Of a stretch of 64,000 nt of DNA, positions 13,553 to 27,177 are shown piece after piece. The notes under the pieces were generated by a model. That model was not told the origin of the DNA. It did not search any database and saw only the letters and a program-made list of their open reading frames with translations. Origin of the DNA: Eledone cirrhosa (Eukaryota); assembly GCA_964016885.1 (NCBI GenBank), contig OZ024740.1, positions 351,788,001-351,852,000 of the forward strand, in the 5' to 3' direction. Position numbers and translations under genes: made by a program. How positions within the stretch are numbered: the stretch's first letter is position 1; each line of letters opens with the position of its first letter.

Positions 13553-14067
13553 CTAGCAGAATGGCCCGGCATTGCTCGGGATTTGCTCTAGGGTTCTTAT
13601 ATATTTGATATATATTTATCCTTATCGAGCCTCATGAAATAAATACGTTTGTTTATATTTTGTTATTGTGTATGTAAAAATATCTGTACACGAATATATA
13701 ATTATATATATATATAAAAATAACAGATTAAAGTTTAAGCAAAGAATCGCTGCTTTCACCCTTAACGGGATCTTCTGAAACTAAAATTAAAAAATCAATC
13801 TGTGAACGCAGATGTAAATATTTCGAAAAACGTTGCAACCGAAGGAAAACAGGAAGACGATACTTTGGTTCGTGAAGATGTTCCCTGGCATAAGAATATA
13901 TATACACACACTATATATACACATATATTTTGTTCAGAACACTCAATAGGACCATAAGTATTACATGTGCAAAGTTTGAAAACAATCAGTTGGGTGGTTC
14001 TCGAGTTTTAGTGATTGGTCAGACAGACAGACAGACAAACAGACATTCTCTGTTTTAGTGATATAGA
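13553..14067 (-). mobile_element. Non-autonomous Helitron (Lep1/HINE-like), 515 bp
   Basis: On the minus strand 5' A|TC at 14067 and 3' CTAG|T at 13553. GC hairpin cccggcattgctcggg (13565-13580) near the 3' end, (ACAG)n near the 5' end, no TSD. Confidence 0.8.
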
Positions 14068-14089
14068 TAAGAAAGAACAGTCAAAGTAT

Positions 14090-15408
14090 TATTCAGTATC
14101 GGTAGAAAGTCGGACGCCATGCTTTGCAGCGTGGAGTTATGTCCCTTTACGGTCTGAGTTCAAATCCCAACGAGGTTAACTTCGCCTTTCATCCTTACAG
14201 GGTCGAGATAAAATGAAGTACCAGTAATGCACTGGGATAATTGTTGGCCTTGTGCCAAAAGTAGAAATTATTATCATTAAAACAGGTGGATTGGCAGAAT
14301 CGGTAGAGCATCAGACAACATGCTTTGCAGTATAGAGGTACAGCCTTTTACATTCTGAATTCAAATCCCGCCGAGGCTAGCTTTGCCTTTCATCCTTACA
14401 GGGTTGATAGAATAAAGTACTGGGGTTGATTTAATCAATTTAATTAATTTTCCCCTCCCCAAAAATTGTTAGCCTTGTGCCTAAATCAGAAATCATTATT
14501 AAAACTGTTGCATAACAGAAGGCTGTGACTTTAGATTTTAGATTTACTTGTGCTGCCTTTCTAGCAATAACATTCATTTATTGGTGGTGGATTGGCAGTA
14601 TCTGTAGAGTCAGACACCATGCTTTGCAGCATAGAGTTATGATCCTTTATGGTCTCAGTTCAAATCCTGATGTGGTTAACTTTGATTTCATCCTTACGGG
14701 GTCGATAAAATAAAGCACCAGTAACATACTGGGGTCGATTTAATTGATTTTCCCCTCCCCCCAAATTACTGGCCTTGTGTCTATAGTAGAAATCATTAAT
14801 TGGTATCTTCCATTTTAACTTCAATTTGGTTTCATTAAAATAAAAACAGATTTATTATTAATACTCTTATTTGTGGTCAATAAAGAAATAATTATTATAA
14901 TTATTATTAGCCTTGTTTTTATTGTGCATCATCACTGCATTATCGAGCACAGCTTTGTGCACCTAGGGTATGTGCAGTGTGGTGGATTGGCAGTATCCGT
15001 AGAGAGTTGGACGCCATGCTTAGCAGCATAGAGTTACGGCCCTTTACGGTCTGAGTTCAAATCCCGCCGAGGTTAACTTCGCGTTTCATCCTTACGGTGT
15101 CGATAAAATATAGTACCAGTAATACACTGGGGTCAATTTAATCGACTTTCCCCTCCTCTTCAAATTACTGGCCTTGTGCCTGAAGTAGAAGCAATTATTA
15201 TTATTATTATTATTAGGGTGGTGGATTGGCAGTATCGGTAGAGAGTCGGACGCCATGCTTTGACGCATAGAGTTACGGCCCTTGCCATTCTGAGTTCAAA
15301 TCCCGCCGAGGTTAACTTTGCTTTTCATCCTTACAGGGTCGATAAAATAAAGTACCAGTAATGCACTGGAATAATTGCTGGCCTTGTGCCAAAAGTAGAA
15401 ACAATTAT
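14090..15408 (+). mobile_element. Array of five SINE family A copies (about 14090-14272, 14283-14500, 14582-14800, 14978-15200, 15216-15408)
   Basis: Each has a tRNA-like A/B box head, conserved core and AATTATT tail. Several start directly in the previous copy's (ATT)n tail. Confidence 0.88.
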
Positions 15409-15639
15409 TGTTGTTGTTGTTGTTATTGCTGGAGTATGAATAAGGCACTGCAAGAGAAAGGTATCAAGTGTGCTGATCAAGCCAAAGGAGTAACTATGTA
15501 TTTGCTCAATCTGCTAAAATGGCAATGAAGACTTCTCCAAATCCCATTCTAACATCCTTCAATCTCTAAACAAAACTGCCTGTCTATAGATCCCATTAAT
15601 CTTTCACTTGGGTCTCTGGCTTTTGTCAGATCACAACAT

Positions 15640-17400
15640 TGTTGTGTGTACTAGTTGAGCCCTTATTCACAATTCTGCTGTGTACCAGAGTTTGAATTTT
15701 GTTGCTCACACTCTTCCTTCTATAAATCAAAAACCTACTGACCAATATCTCAAGCAATGTCTGCTCCTATGCAGATGATATCATAATCCATTCCACCTTA
15801 ACCTTCCTAACTCAAGCATCATCCACCTCCTTCCTACATCCTCGATGCTGCAGTAAAAGTGGAATAAAATTTTAAACTACTAGGAATTATCGGCAAACTA
15901 TTTTTATTAGCGTGTGACACTCGAGATGTTTGGGGGAGTTGGTCTGCTGACAATGAGAGTCTTGTCATTATTGGTAGTTTCTCTTACTGATGTATCAGGT
16001 GATGCCCATGAGGGTGCTTGGTTATTCCAGCATCTTAACCATGATATCACCTGCAGCAATTACCATAAGAGTGTTGGCTTGCATAAAAAATTATTACAAA
16101 GAAACTCAAGTATCCCTTGTTGTGGTATGTCACCGAGTGTGCAGGTCTTCTTCCACTTCTTCTCATCTTTACTTTTTGTCTCTCTTCTTTTCTCTTTTTT
16201 TATTTTTTAAAAAGATTTTAAATATAAATTGTGTTTATACAATTCTTTCTAACAATGACACAGGCCAGCAATTTGTGGAAAAGGCAAAGTTGATTATATT
16301 CACCTCAGTACATTACTGGTACTTTATTTTATCAACTCCGTAAGGATGAAAAGCAAAGTTAACCCCAGTGAGATTTGAACTCAGAACATAAAAATAGCTG
16401 TAACTAAATACCACAGAGTATTTTGTTCAACACTCTATCAATATTGCCAATCCACCTTCAATGGACTCTATCTTTACAATATGCTTGAAAGATCACCAGA
16501 ATACCCAAATATTGTAACTACATAACACATGCAGAAAATGAACGTCATTACTATGAGCTCTATAATACTAATATAATACTAATGAAGACATTCTATTTCT
16601 ATTATGATGTGTTATACATTTGTATGGTGTATTGCAATATTCATTTACATGGATTTGTTGTATTCAATGGCAATCAATAAATATGCTAAAGGCAGATCAA
16701 TCTTCTTCCTTCTCCATTATATCTTTGATATAAATCTCTGGAGTAATTGCATTTCTAACATAATTAATTAGTGGTTATTTGAAATGATAATCAAATCATT
16801 AACCACTTAATGGCTGACCACTCAATGTTAACTTTAATCATCAAACTGATAACTCTGACTTCTATTTGTAAAATAGCAAAGAATGCACCTGAAAGACTGG
16901 TCTTTCTCTTCAGTGACAGAAAACATTTCATCTATCAACTATTAAACTATCTACAAAGCTCAGTTGAGATTCAAAATGAAATACTTCTCCCACATCTAAG
17001 ATGCTGCAACTACAAATACAAACATCTTAAATTGCATCCAAGAAATGTCACCCAACTAATTGGCATGAAATCACCTACCTACATACTTCAACTACTGGTT
17101 CATAAATGTGATCCTCCCGCCACCTCTACTCCTCAGAGCTAGCTGATTCTATACCATTTACACAGAGGCATTACTAATTCACATGCTTCCTCACCTCTTG
17201 TCCCCTATATTGTATACATCCACCCTCAGGCCCTGCAACAACTACTAGAGCCAGTTCTTCCTTCTTAGAGTGTTGACTTTGTGGAATCCTCTCTATGCCC
17301 ATATTTATCCTACACCTTTTCAAGGGAAATGTTAACCACATCCTTCTCACTCAACTTAGAGACCCTGCAAAGGGCATGGACTTAGCCTCTTCCCTCAGAC
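15640..17400 (+). pseudogene. Decayed CR1/L2-type LINE RT fragments (about 15640-15860 and 16780-17400), interrupted by other repeats
   Basis: tcc tat gca gat gat atc = SYADDI near 15765-15782. A YKAQ.R..M.Y.SHI-like motif near 16950-17000. Frameshifted, with stops. Confidence 0.55.
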
Positions 17401-17953
17401 CAAACCCCAAAAATAAAAATAAAAAAGGATCAATTGGACAATATAATCTTAGCTATACAAAAAAGGACTGTAAATCTTTTCCTCATATGGTTGCTTCATC
17501 AAGTTTGTACATTTAGTTTTATACATTTATTGCAGACATATAGTTGACATCAGGTTTTAATTATGAGTGAATGGTCAGAAGTAGAAAGACCACTTAGCTA
17601 CTTTAACAAAAATAAAAATAAAAACCTCTCCTGCCTATGCCAACATGAAAATATGTATATCTAATCTAAAATGTCTAAAGTCTGTCTTAAACCATTTAAG
17701 GCTTGTTAGGCCGGTGCTTATCCCAGTTTCATGGTGTGAAGTGACAGAGTACAAGACTTCCCCCTGGACAGGACACTAGTCCATCAATGGGTTAAACCCC
17801 CAGATATTGATTCCTGGGATGGGTTGTGTGTTGTATTTTTGAGCAAAACACTTCATTTCACTCAGTATGTATATCTAATAGAAAAATAAAATGGTGTTCA
17901 TGGTTGTATGTGTGTGTACACATGTATGTGCTTGTGTAGTGACAGGACCATAC

Positions 17954-18099
17954 CTGATTCTGGAACTTCATATTCCACCTCTAGTATGACTTGCTCTCCA
18001 GCATTCTTCAGCAGGTTCACTATTTCTTCATGTTTCAGGGCTGATGTACGAATGCCATTCACAGACAATATGAAATCTCCAACCTCAAGAGCATCACAC
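17954..18099 (-). CDS. GRIP1: GRIP-like exon, end of PDZ1: [48 protein letters not shown]
   Basis: Acceptor cttttctacag|, donor G|gtatgg, 146 nt, phase 2-1. PDZ signature L-x-x-GD-x-I-L-S-V-N-G. Confidence 0.95.
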
Positions 18100-19241
18100 C
18101 TGTAGAAAAGGATTAGAATAGTTTCAAAATTAAAAAGTGAGGGAATGTACATATATATTTATGTGAAAATGTGTCTAAGAATAGTAAATATTACATATTA
18201 TATTTCTGATTTACCTGTGATGCAAACTTAAATCAATAGTTTTAAGGTTTAATTTCTTCTACTCAAGCAAGTGGTGCCAGCACCAGCCTACATCACTCAG
18301 TTTTTAAACCAATCAATTGGTATTCCCATTTGTATGGAAATAACAGATACGACAGCTCTACTGTAGCACTTTCTAGATTAATAATTGAGTCCTCATTTTA
18401 TATAGCTAGAGTTGGGTAGATTGGCAGAATTGGTAAGACTTTGGATAAAATGCCATTTCGAGATTTGTTCCAGCTTTTTATGTCCTGTGTAGTAGCTACA
18501 TGCTGATGCCACAATAAAATGTATCCAGCCAACACTGTAAAGTGTTAGTGCTGGTGTCATGATAAAATGCATCCAGTCATAGAAACCATGCCAAAATGGA
18601 ACATATGGTCAACTGACCTGTTTAGTCACAGAACATGACAACCCATACCAGAAGGAAAAATAAACATAAAGTAGTGATGATGATGATGATGACTTACACA
18701 CAAATGTATATATATATGTTTTACCTACAAACTGTGTTCATTTCTGTAATCAATAACATTTATCCTTTTTGTTTACTTATACTTGTTGAAATTGAAGCTC
18801 ATATTGTATGTAGCATTATTTTATTGAGGTTGATCAAGCTTGGCACAACTAAAGTAAATTATCAACCAGTAGAGAATATATTTTCCGATTCTGTGATTTC
18901 AAGAGAATAAACTATTCTGTTATTCAGCATTTCACTATTATAGCGAAATTTATGTTCTCTACAGATAGTTGTAAAATCATTCTTATTTTAAACACAGAAA
19001 TAATGTATAATAATGATGCTATAATATATATATATACAACGGAGGATTGGCAGTATCGGTAGAGGGTCGGACGCCATGCTTTCTAATATAGTTATGTCCC
19101 TTTACGATCTGAGTTCAAATCCCGCCGAGGTTAACTTTGCCTTTCATCCTTACGGGGTCGATAAAATAAAGTACCAGTAATACACTGGGTAATTGCTGGC
19201 CTTGTGCCTAAAGTAAAAACACATATATATATATATATATA

Positions 19242-19452
19242 TCCTGCATCTCCAACAGACCAGTGTCTGTCCTTAGGGCATCAACATATGTTAACCTTGG
19301 TCTTCCTCTTCTAGTGTGTCCATGTAGGGGCTCCCAAAGGAGCACTGAGTGCAATGTCAACTCTGGATGTCGGTGAGCATGTCCAGCCAACCTCAGTCTT
19401 CTCTGTGTCACTTTTGAGCTGACTTTTGGGATGCTCCCATACAGCTCTGAGT
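19242..19452 (-). mobile_element. RTE-clade LINE 3' fragment between (TA)n tracts
   Basis: Translates as QRRLRLAGHAHRHPEL...LLWEPLHGHTRRGRPRLTYVDALRTDTG. Confidence 0.8.
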
Positions 19453-20913
19453 TTATATATATACAAATTTAAGGTATCAAAACATATCAATTATGTATGA
19501 TAATTGTGTTTCCTAAAATGCTGTTATTGTTATTACTGTTACTATCATTACTATTAATGCTGCATTCAGTATTTATTATATGTGTATAAAGTATTTGGTA
19601 GGTGTTATTTTTCATCACAGGCAAGGACATCTGGTTAAGAAGCTCACTTTGCAATCATATGGTTCTGGGTTTAATGTAACTGCGCAGAACTTTGTGCAAA
19701 TATCTTCTACCATGGCCATGAGTTGACATAATTTTTAATTCAGAGTAACAGCTTTTCTAGATGGATTGCCTTTTCTGTGGCTTACAGAATTCTCATCTAC
19801 ACTGTGCAATCTTGTTTATTTGGAGTGACTGCTCTCCTACACAGGTTGCCTTTCTGTTAGTTTACAAAGTTCATACCTGTTCTGCGCAGTTTTGTTTATT
19901 TAGAGTTACTGCTCTCTGAGATGGGTTACCTTCACTGTGGCTTATGAAGCCTACCCCTGCCCCCCAAATATCTTAGTTAAAGCCCAGTAAGTAAGTAGCA
20001 GCTGAGAAGATCACATGTGGGGAAAGTGACCTTCAGGAAAAGGTAGCTTGGTCATTTAAGGCAAGAGATGAGCAGGTTGCATAGCTTGTTTGTAAATTAT
20101 AGTTGTTAATGAATTAATCACTACAAAAGTTGATAATACTTAACTGAAAACACGATTAAGAAAAAGAGAGTGGCGGGGGAAGATCTTAACTTAACTTGAG
20201 TATCTCAATGAATGAACTCACTGAAAAGAAATGTAATGGGGCAGGGTTTAAGTGTTTTAATTTTTGCACATGCATGGCATGGACAGTTCTGGTGATGTGA
20301 AACAGGCAGAGTGGTAAGAAAGCTGATAGATAGATAGTGTGTGTATATGTGTGTGTGTGTGTGAGAGAGATATGGTGACAGGAGAGCAGGTTACAGAGCT
20401 TGTTTGTAGATTTACAGTTATTACTATGATATAATATAATTGTTTCTACTTTTGGCACAAGGCCAGCAATTATCCCAGTGTATTACTGGTACTTTATTTT
20501 ATCTATGATATAATATAATGAAAATTATTGTGTACAGTGCTCAGGTGCACTGAATGATCTTAATGTAATATAGCATTTGATGATGGCAGACAGATAGGAA
20601 GGCTAATCAAATAATGCCCCACCCTCCACAATCACCACCACATCATCATCATCATATTCTAGTCAATTCAATACTGTGATAAGATTTGTTTCCCTCAGTT
20701 GAGGTTTTGTTGCCAAGTATTAGGGCAGGAGGGATTTTTGTACTTCTCCCTCTCTTTCCCCCTGATGATAAGGTTTCAAATTAATGTCTGTGACTCTTTA
20801 TGAATCTGCTTGACATGATTCCACCTTTAAGAAGAAAAACAAACAAAAACAGAAAATATACATACACATAGCACAGATCCAGACGAATGATTTATTTAAA
20901 AAATTCTATTTAC

Positions 20914-20977
20914 CTGTGTGCAATACTGCCAGGTCGAAGATTTGAAACTTGAGGTCGGCAATTCTTGTCCACTCCGC
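20914..20977 (-). CDS. GRIP1: GRIP-like exon, PDZ1: GGVDKNCRPQVSNLRPGSIAHR
   Basis: Acceptor ttacatttttcag|, donor AG|gtaaat, 64 nt, phase 1-2. Resembles GRIP1 [22 protein letters not shown]. Not in the ORF track. Confidence 0.93.
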
Positions 20978-21090
20978 CTGAAAAATGTAAATTAACAAAA
21001 TTTATTCTAACTATACATTGTCAAAAAAGTAAATGTCAAAAAAAAAAAAAAAAAACGTTAGGTGCAAGCATATATATGTATATATATATA

Positions 21091-21275
21091 TTAGCTGCAG
21101 TGAAGGCAACAGGAGGGCAATTAAAAATGACTGCTCGGCACACAAATTTCAGGAAACTGGCAAACCATTTGATTACATACCAATCAGGCAAAAACGCAAG
21201 TCAAATTGATTTCTTACTTGTAAGACAAAGAGAGGGACGAACTGTAATAAATACTAAGGTCTTTCCTGGGGAACT
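21091..21275 (+). mobile_element. RTE LINE AP-endonuclease fragment after (TA)n
   Basis: HTNFRKLANHLITYQSGKNASQIDFLLVR...NTKVFPGE matches the APE C-terminal motifs (TY.SG...SQIDY.L). Confidence 0.75.
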
Positions 21276-22810
21276 AATTTGTGTTGGGCAGCACTTTCTT
21301 CCTCAGGGAAGTAATTGATTACTTAATCTTTGCAATTTACACCTGATGACATCACCGTAAGTCTTGCATTATATCTGATGATATAACCAGGCCATAGAAA
21401 TATTTATTGTGATTTTTGCAACATCAAAAGAATATTTAGAGTCCAGCCTTCTGTTTTTTTTTTTAATATTTAACTCTGTTCCTGCACCAATTATGTGATA
21501 CCAAATTCTACGATAGATAATTTGCATAACATTAAGTGGTTTTGCTTATTGCATCATGATTTGCTAACTGAAATGACCAGATCTACCTATTATTTAAGCC
21601 ATCCAACATAAATGTTATATATTTATATATATAAATGCATACATATATATATATTTGAATTCTTTTCTTTAGGCTGAATATATTTTTTGTAAGACAATGC
21701 TTACTGACTGATGGGAATGATTTGTTTAATTTGCTAATTAACTATTTTAATTATGATAATTAGTATTTTTCTCCATCGTCTGAAATCATGGTCTAAGCAA
21801 TTATGATTGAATTTATCAATAACAATACAGTAGTGAGAATGTGGTTGAAGGCTGCTATCCAACTGGAGTATTTATTGAGCAAATGTTATACAATAATGTA
21901 AATATTAAAAAAGAATAAAAACTAAATTATTGTTTCTACTTTTTGGCACAAGGCCAGCGATTACTCAGTACATTACTGGTACTTTATTTTATCGACCCCG
22001 TAAGGATGAAAGGCAAAGTTAACCTCGGCGGGATTTGAACTCAGAATAGCAAGGGCCGTAACTCTATGCGTCAAAAAACTAAATTATGTAATGAAAAGAG
22101 GGGGGAAGGGGTAAAGAGGGGCAGGTCTGGCTGTATAGGAAAGTAAAGGAAAGGACTATATATGCCATAGATGAGAGGAAAAGGAGGGAACGAGCAAGGA
22201 CTGTTGGCAATGAAAGAAAGGGGGAAGGGGAGAGGGTGACAGATTCTACACCTAGGATGGAGCGGTATGTTGACTGAGCCCCACAGACAAAATTGAAAAG
22301 GTATTTCTGTGAACAATGGCCAGCAACACCCACTGCAACAGCCACCCCACCCCGATTTTTGTAAATAGAATTGTATTTGTCTTTAAATGTATTTTTGCTA
22401 ACTATACTAACTATGAATATTATTATACCAAAATAACATTGTGTAAATGATGCTCTGAAAATTTGGATTTTAGCTATTAATGTGCATTGAGCTTTTTATT
22501 GTATAATAGGATTGAGATATTTTATTTCAATCTATATTTGTGATATATATGTATATGTGTGTGTAGTGTCAAGAGTTTCCATAGAATAGATAAAGGAAAA
22601 AGATGGCCCATGTTAAGTACAGAGCTAAAGTACATTATTATAAATAATTCCTTAACATAATTGCATGCTACCTAAGGTTTCAAAGCATAGGTCATCTAAA
22701 TGCTATATCTGCTAGTATTGCTTATCTTTCAGAAGACCAAAATCCTAAGAGGAGTTTCAGAAGATTTCAGAAAAGGGTGACAGCAGCGATTCTTTGCTTT
22801 GATCTCTATT

Positions 22811-22855
<45 letters not shown>

Positions 22856-22953
22856 GTCTCTCAATAAAATAATAAAAATGCTCATGTTTGGAGAATAATT
22901 TAGCAAAGGTACTTATACAAAATTAGAATAGAAGGTTTTTAGGTAAATATAAT

Positions 22954-23140
22954 TGTTTCTACTTTTGGCACAAGGCCAGCAATTACCCAGTGTATTACTG
23001 GTACTTTATTTTATCGACCCCATAAGGATGAAAGGCAAAGTTAACCTCGGCAGGATTTGAACTCAGAATGGCAAGGGCCGTAACTCTATGCGTCAAAGCA
23101 TGTCGTCCGACCCCCTACCGATACTGCCAACCCACCGCCC
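22954..23140 (-). mobile_element. Full-length SINE family A with a 17-bp TSD
   Basis: TSD ttttaggtaaatataat at 22937-22953 and 23141-23157. Another copy at 45756-45951 has TSD tatctgtaaaataat. Confidence 0.92.
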
Positions 23141-23371
23141 TTTTAGGTAAATATAATCACTTTAAACCAGACATTTTTGTATCATAGAACCAGGAGCAGT
23201 TTCAGGCAGTATTCATTTCCAAAGAGTTTTAAAAAAAGGAGACATTAGAATGAAATAATCTGAGATACATTATGTGTAAGAAAATGACAGGAAGGTCTTA
23301 GCTAGTCTGTCTTGGATTATAAGTCTTCTTAGTCATGACTGACCTAAGGTTGAACATTATCAACACTACTG

Positions 23372-24323
23372 CAATAACCACACCAACCAGCAATACCGCC
23401 ACCACACCACAACAACCACACCAACCAGCAATACCACACCCCAACAACCACACCAACCAACAATACCACACCCCAACAACCACACCAACCAACAATACCA
23501 CACCACAACAACCACACCAACAAGCAATACCACACCCCAACAACCACACCAACCAACAATACCACACCACAACAACCATACCAACCAACAATACCACACC
23601 ACAACAACCACACCAACCAACAATACCACACCACAACAACCACACCAACCAACAATACCACACCACAACAACCACACCAACCAACAATACCACAAAACAA
23701 CAACCACACCAACCAGCAATACCACACCCCAACAACCACACCAACCAACAATACCACACCAAACAACAATACCACACCACAACAACCACACCAACCAGCA
23801 ATACCACACCCCAACAACCACACCAACCAACAATACCACACCAAACAACAATACCACACCACAACAACCACACCAACCAGCAATACCACACCACAACAAC
23901 CACACCAACCAACAATACCACACCACAACAACCACACCAACCAGCAATACCACACCACAACAACCACACCAACCAACAATACCACACCACAACAACCACA
24001 CCAACCAGCAATACCACACCACAACAACCACACCAACCAACAATACCACACCCCAACAACCACACCAAACAACAATACCACACCACAACAACCACACCAA
24101 CCAGTAATACCACACCCCAACAACCACACCAACCAACAATACCACACCACAACAACAATACCACACCACAACAACCACACCAACCAACAATACCACACCA
24201 CAACAACCACACCAAACAACAATACCACACAACAACAACCACACACCAACCAGCAATACCACACCACAACATCCACACCAACCAGCAATACCACCACAAC
24301 ACCACCACCACCGCCGCCACCAC
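23372..24323. repeat. Minisatellite of about 950 bp, 32-bp unit caataccacacc(a/c)caacaaccacaccaacca(a/g)
   Basis: caatac recurs at 23429, 23461 and 23493 (period 32), with occasional truncated units. The plus strand is almost all A/C. Confidence 0.95.
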
Positions 24324-25959
24324 CAAATTTGGAAAATACTTGGCCATCCAAGTACATATGGACCCTATCAGGGTACTGGGGAGTGAGGAAGTAGGGCAAT
24401 GATGATAGTGGGTGGAAACTTGTAAGACTTAGGAAGTGAAGCATTAAGTTGAAATGTGAGCTAGTGAGTAACATACTGAGATGGAATTGATAGTCAAGGT
24501 ATCTTTGTATATTAACTATCAGTGATGTTGATTAGTTTACTCCTGAAAATGCTATATGCCTGTCAGCTGGATGATAACAGTGATAGGTTTTGTTGTTGTG
24601 ATAGGTTTTGTTGTCACATACTTAGCTGACTTTGGCTGACAGTATTTGAAATAGGCCTCTATCCAGTGTTATGGAAGCCCTCCCAACATTCTCTTTGAAA
24701 TACTAGGTTAGGTTTCAGCTTGTGTTGAAGAGGGAGGAGGAGAAATGAAGGTATGAAGCTAGCAAATTTACTTTCATTAATCAAAATCGCTGTAGAAACA
24801 ACAAGCAGATACCTGGCATAGAAGCAAGTCTGTGACAAGGTTTCAACTGTGAAGAATGGAGATCTCTCATCATCGGATGCTCTATGAGGAGCAAAAGGAA
24901 CTAAAAGAGAAGATTACTATATTGTCTAATGTCTCCTTCCTGTTCTAAGAAGATAGGCTATGAGTTAAAGGAATTTGGCTGCTGTCAATTGCAGCTTGAG
25001 CAGCTACATACAGGCTTTCCCTGTTAGCTTGTGACATTAATAGTTGTGGAGTTTTTTGTTTTTGTTTAGCCCTAGGTAAGCCCTGATTGAGCAGATTTAT
25101 GTTGAAAGGCATTCCACCCATGACCATCCATCTTTTATTCAAACACTATATATTTAGGACGATATAATGTAATGTGTCCTTCCCTTTTTGAAGATGGTAG
25201 AGTATGATGTGAAAAATATTAGGTTGACTGACTATGGAGAATCCCCCCCACCACCACACTGCTTTGGAGTTATTGTCGTTTAGTCCCAGATCACTCCTTA
25301 TGATCAAATATATTCTAGTCAGAGCCATCTTATCTTTTGTGCAGAGAACACATGACAACATTGTCCGATATGTCCTTTTCTAAGATAGTGCAATGTGATA
25401 TGAGAGAGATTTGCTTGCTATTTCTAACAGGTTATGTGACTGTGTGGAGGTTCCCTTGTTGGCTCATTGCTATAGTGGTGATGGTCAATAGTGGCTTTGT
25501 GTTGCAGTGATAGTAGGTGTTACTTAAATCTATTTCAACTTTGATCAAGGGCACTCCAGCCATGACCATCCCAACTACATTATATAATGTATCTACAATC
25601 ACATTATCTAGTGTGACCTTCCTTTTTAAGATGATAGATAATATAATTTGAGTGAAATTTGGCTGCTATTTCAAGTAGTTCAAGCGACCACAAAGAGGCT
25701 GCCTCTGATTCTGATGGCATGTGACACTAACTTTTCCGAGTTAAAAATAAGAATCATAGAGAAGTAATGCTTATTGGTGTATGACTTTCAGCACTTCTCA
25801 GATTACTCATTAAAAACTTGCAGAAATTTCAAGACAAATTACATTGTAAAACTATTTTATGATCTTTCTGTTTATTCTCTGTTCATCCAGGCATAAATCC
25901 ATTTATTGAGATTCAAAGTTGGCAATACTGAGCTATAATCTTCTTTGCTATCCCAGCAG

Positions 25960-25998
<39 letters not shown>

Positions 25999-26888
25999 AC
26001 TTAACACAGTAAAGCCTAGGATAAGCTTCAGTGCACTTCATCAACTATGCAGTGTATCTCTCAGGGATAAGCAACATACACAAAACTTACAGCAAAACAC
26101 TCAGCTCAAATCAAATTTAAATTAATGAGTTACCTTCGTCCCCTCTATAGTGTTTGAATCTCAAATGAATGGATGAATGATTACACACCAATGAGAACCA
26201 CCAACAAGATCTTAAAATAGTTACACAATATAATTTGTCTTTAAATTTTGGGCAGCTTTAATAGGAAATAGGCGGTTTCTCTCCACACATAAAATCATAC
26301 TTTATACTGGGAAAAACATTAAAATTGCAGGCTTTGAATATCATTAGAACAGATCAGAAGAACATCAGTTGAATATTCCTCAATGTTCCACTATTATCAA
26401 GGGCAATATAATTGATAATAGGCAATTGAGTTGTTAAACCATTTGCATGTAAGTGAGTGCATGTGTGTGCACGTTTGTGTGTGCACACAGTGGGCATGCG
26501 TTCATGTGAACATATACATGCCTTTGATTATGTCAAAGTAATTCTAAATATTATGAGAAAATTCAGATAGAGTTATGGGACAATTCTGAGAGGTATTTTA
26601 CTATTTATTAGGATGTGTTCTTCAGTCATAACCAACTATAGATGTCCATCTCATAGTTTATGGCAACAATTTACAGGCAGCAGTTTTTGTTGTGAGGATG
26701 CATCTGAAACCAATGGTGTTGTTTAAGTAATTCCTATTCTTGCATTAAAATAATGCTCTCTTCCTCCTAGCTTTGACAATTCTGATCACTGAACTGAGTC
26801 CACATGGCTGTGTGGCTAAAGAATTTGCTTCACAAACCACATGCTTTCAAGTTCAATCTCCATTCATGGCACCTTGGGCAAGTGTCAT

Positions 26889-27177
26889 CAAGGTTGGATT
26901 TAGACCAGGGGGTTGGAACACTTCAGGTTTGGGGGGGGAAGCCTCATACACAAAAAATTAGAATATGTAGCAAATCCCCCAATTTTACATATCAAATTTA
27001 GCTTGGCACAAGTAATTGGAATTGAAAAGTTATACATACAGGTATCAAATTCAAAAGTTCTAACCATCCTAAAACAAAAGCACAAATAAATTGCTATGGC
27101 CATTGTGGTGGGGCTCCCCACTTCAGGGGGCCCAGGGCAATTTTTTTTCCCTTTGCCCCCCATTAAATGCGGCCCTG
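26889..27177. mobile_element. hAT-type MITE with an 8-bp TSD, nested in a SINE
   Basis: TSD agtgtcat at 26881-26888 and 27178-27185. Imperfect TIRs caaggttggattta / taaatgcggccctg. Confidence 0.85.

Noticed and set aside
14090-15408. CRISPR-like or other prokaryotic repeat array
   Set aside because: The units are about 190-220-bp SINEs with Pol III boxes. There are no unique spacers or cas genes, and the DNA is eukaryotic.
23298-24474. Four long ORFs (298-376 aa) on both strands
   Set aside because: They result from the 32-bp minisatellite, which lacks stop codons in most frames. The peptides are low-complexity and cycle through the three frames.
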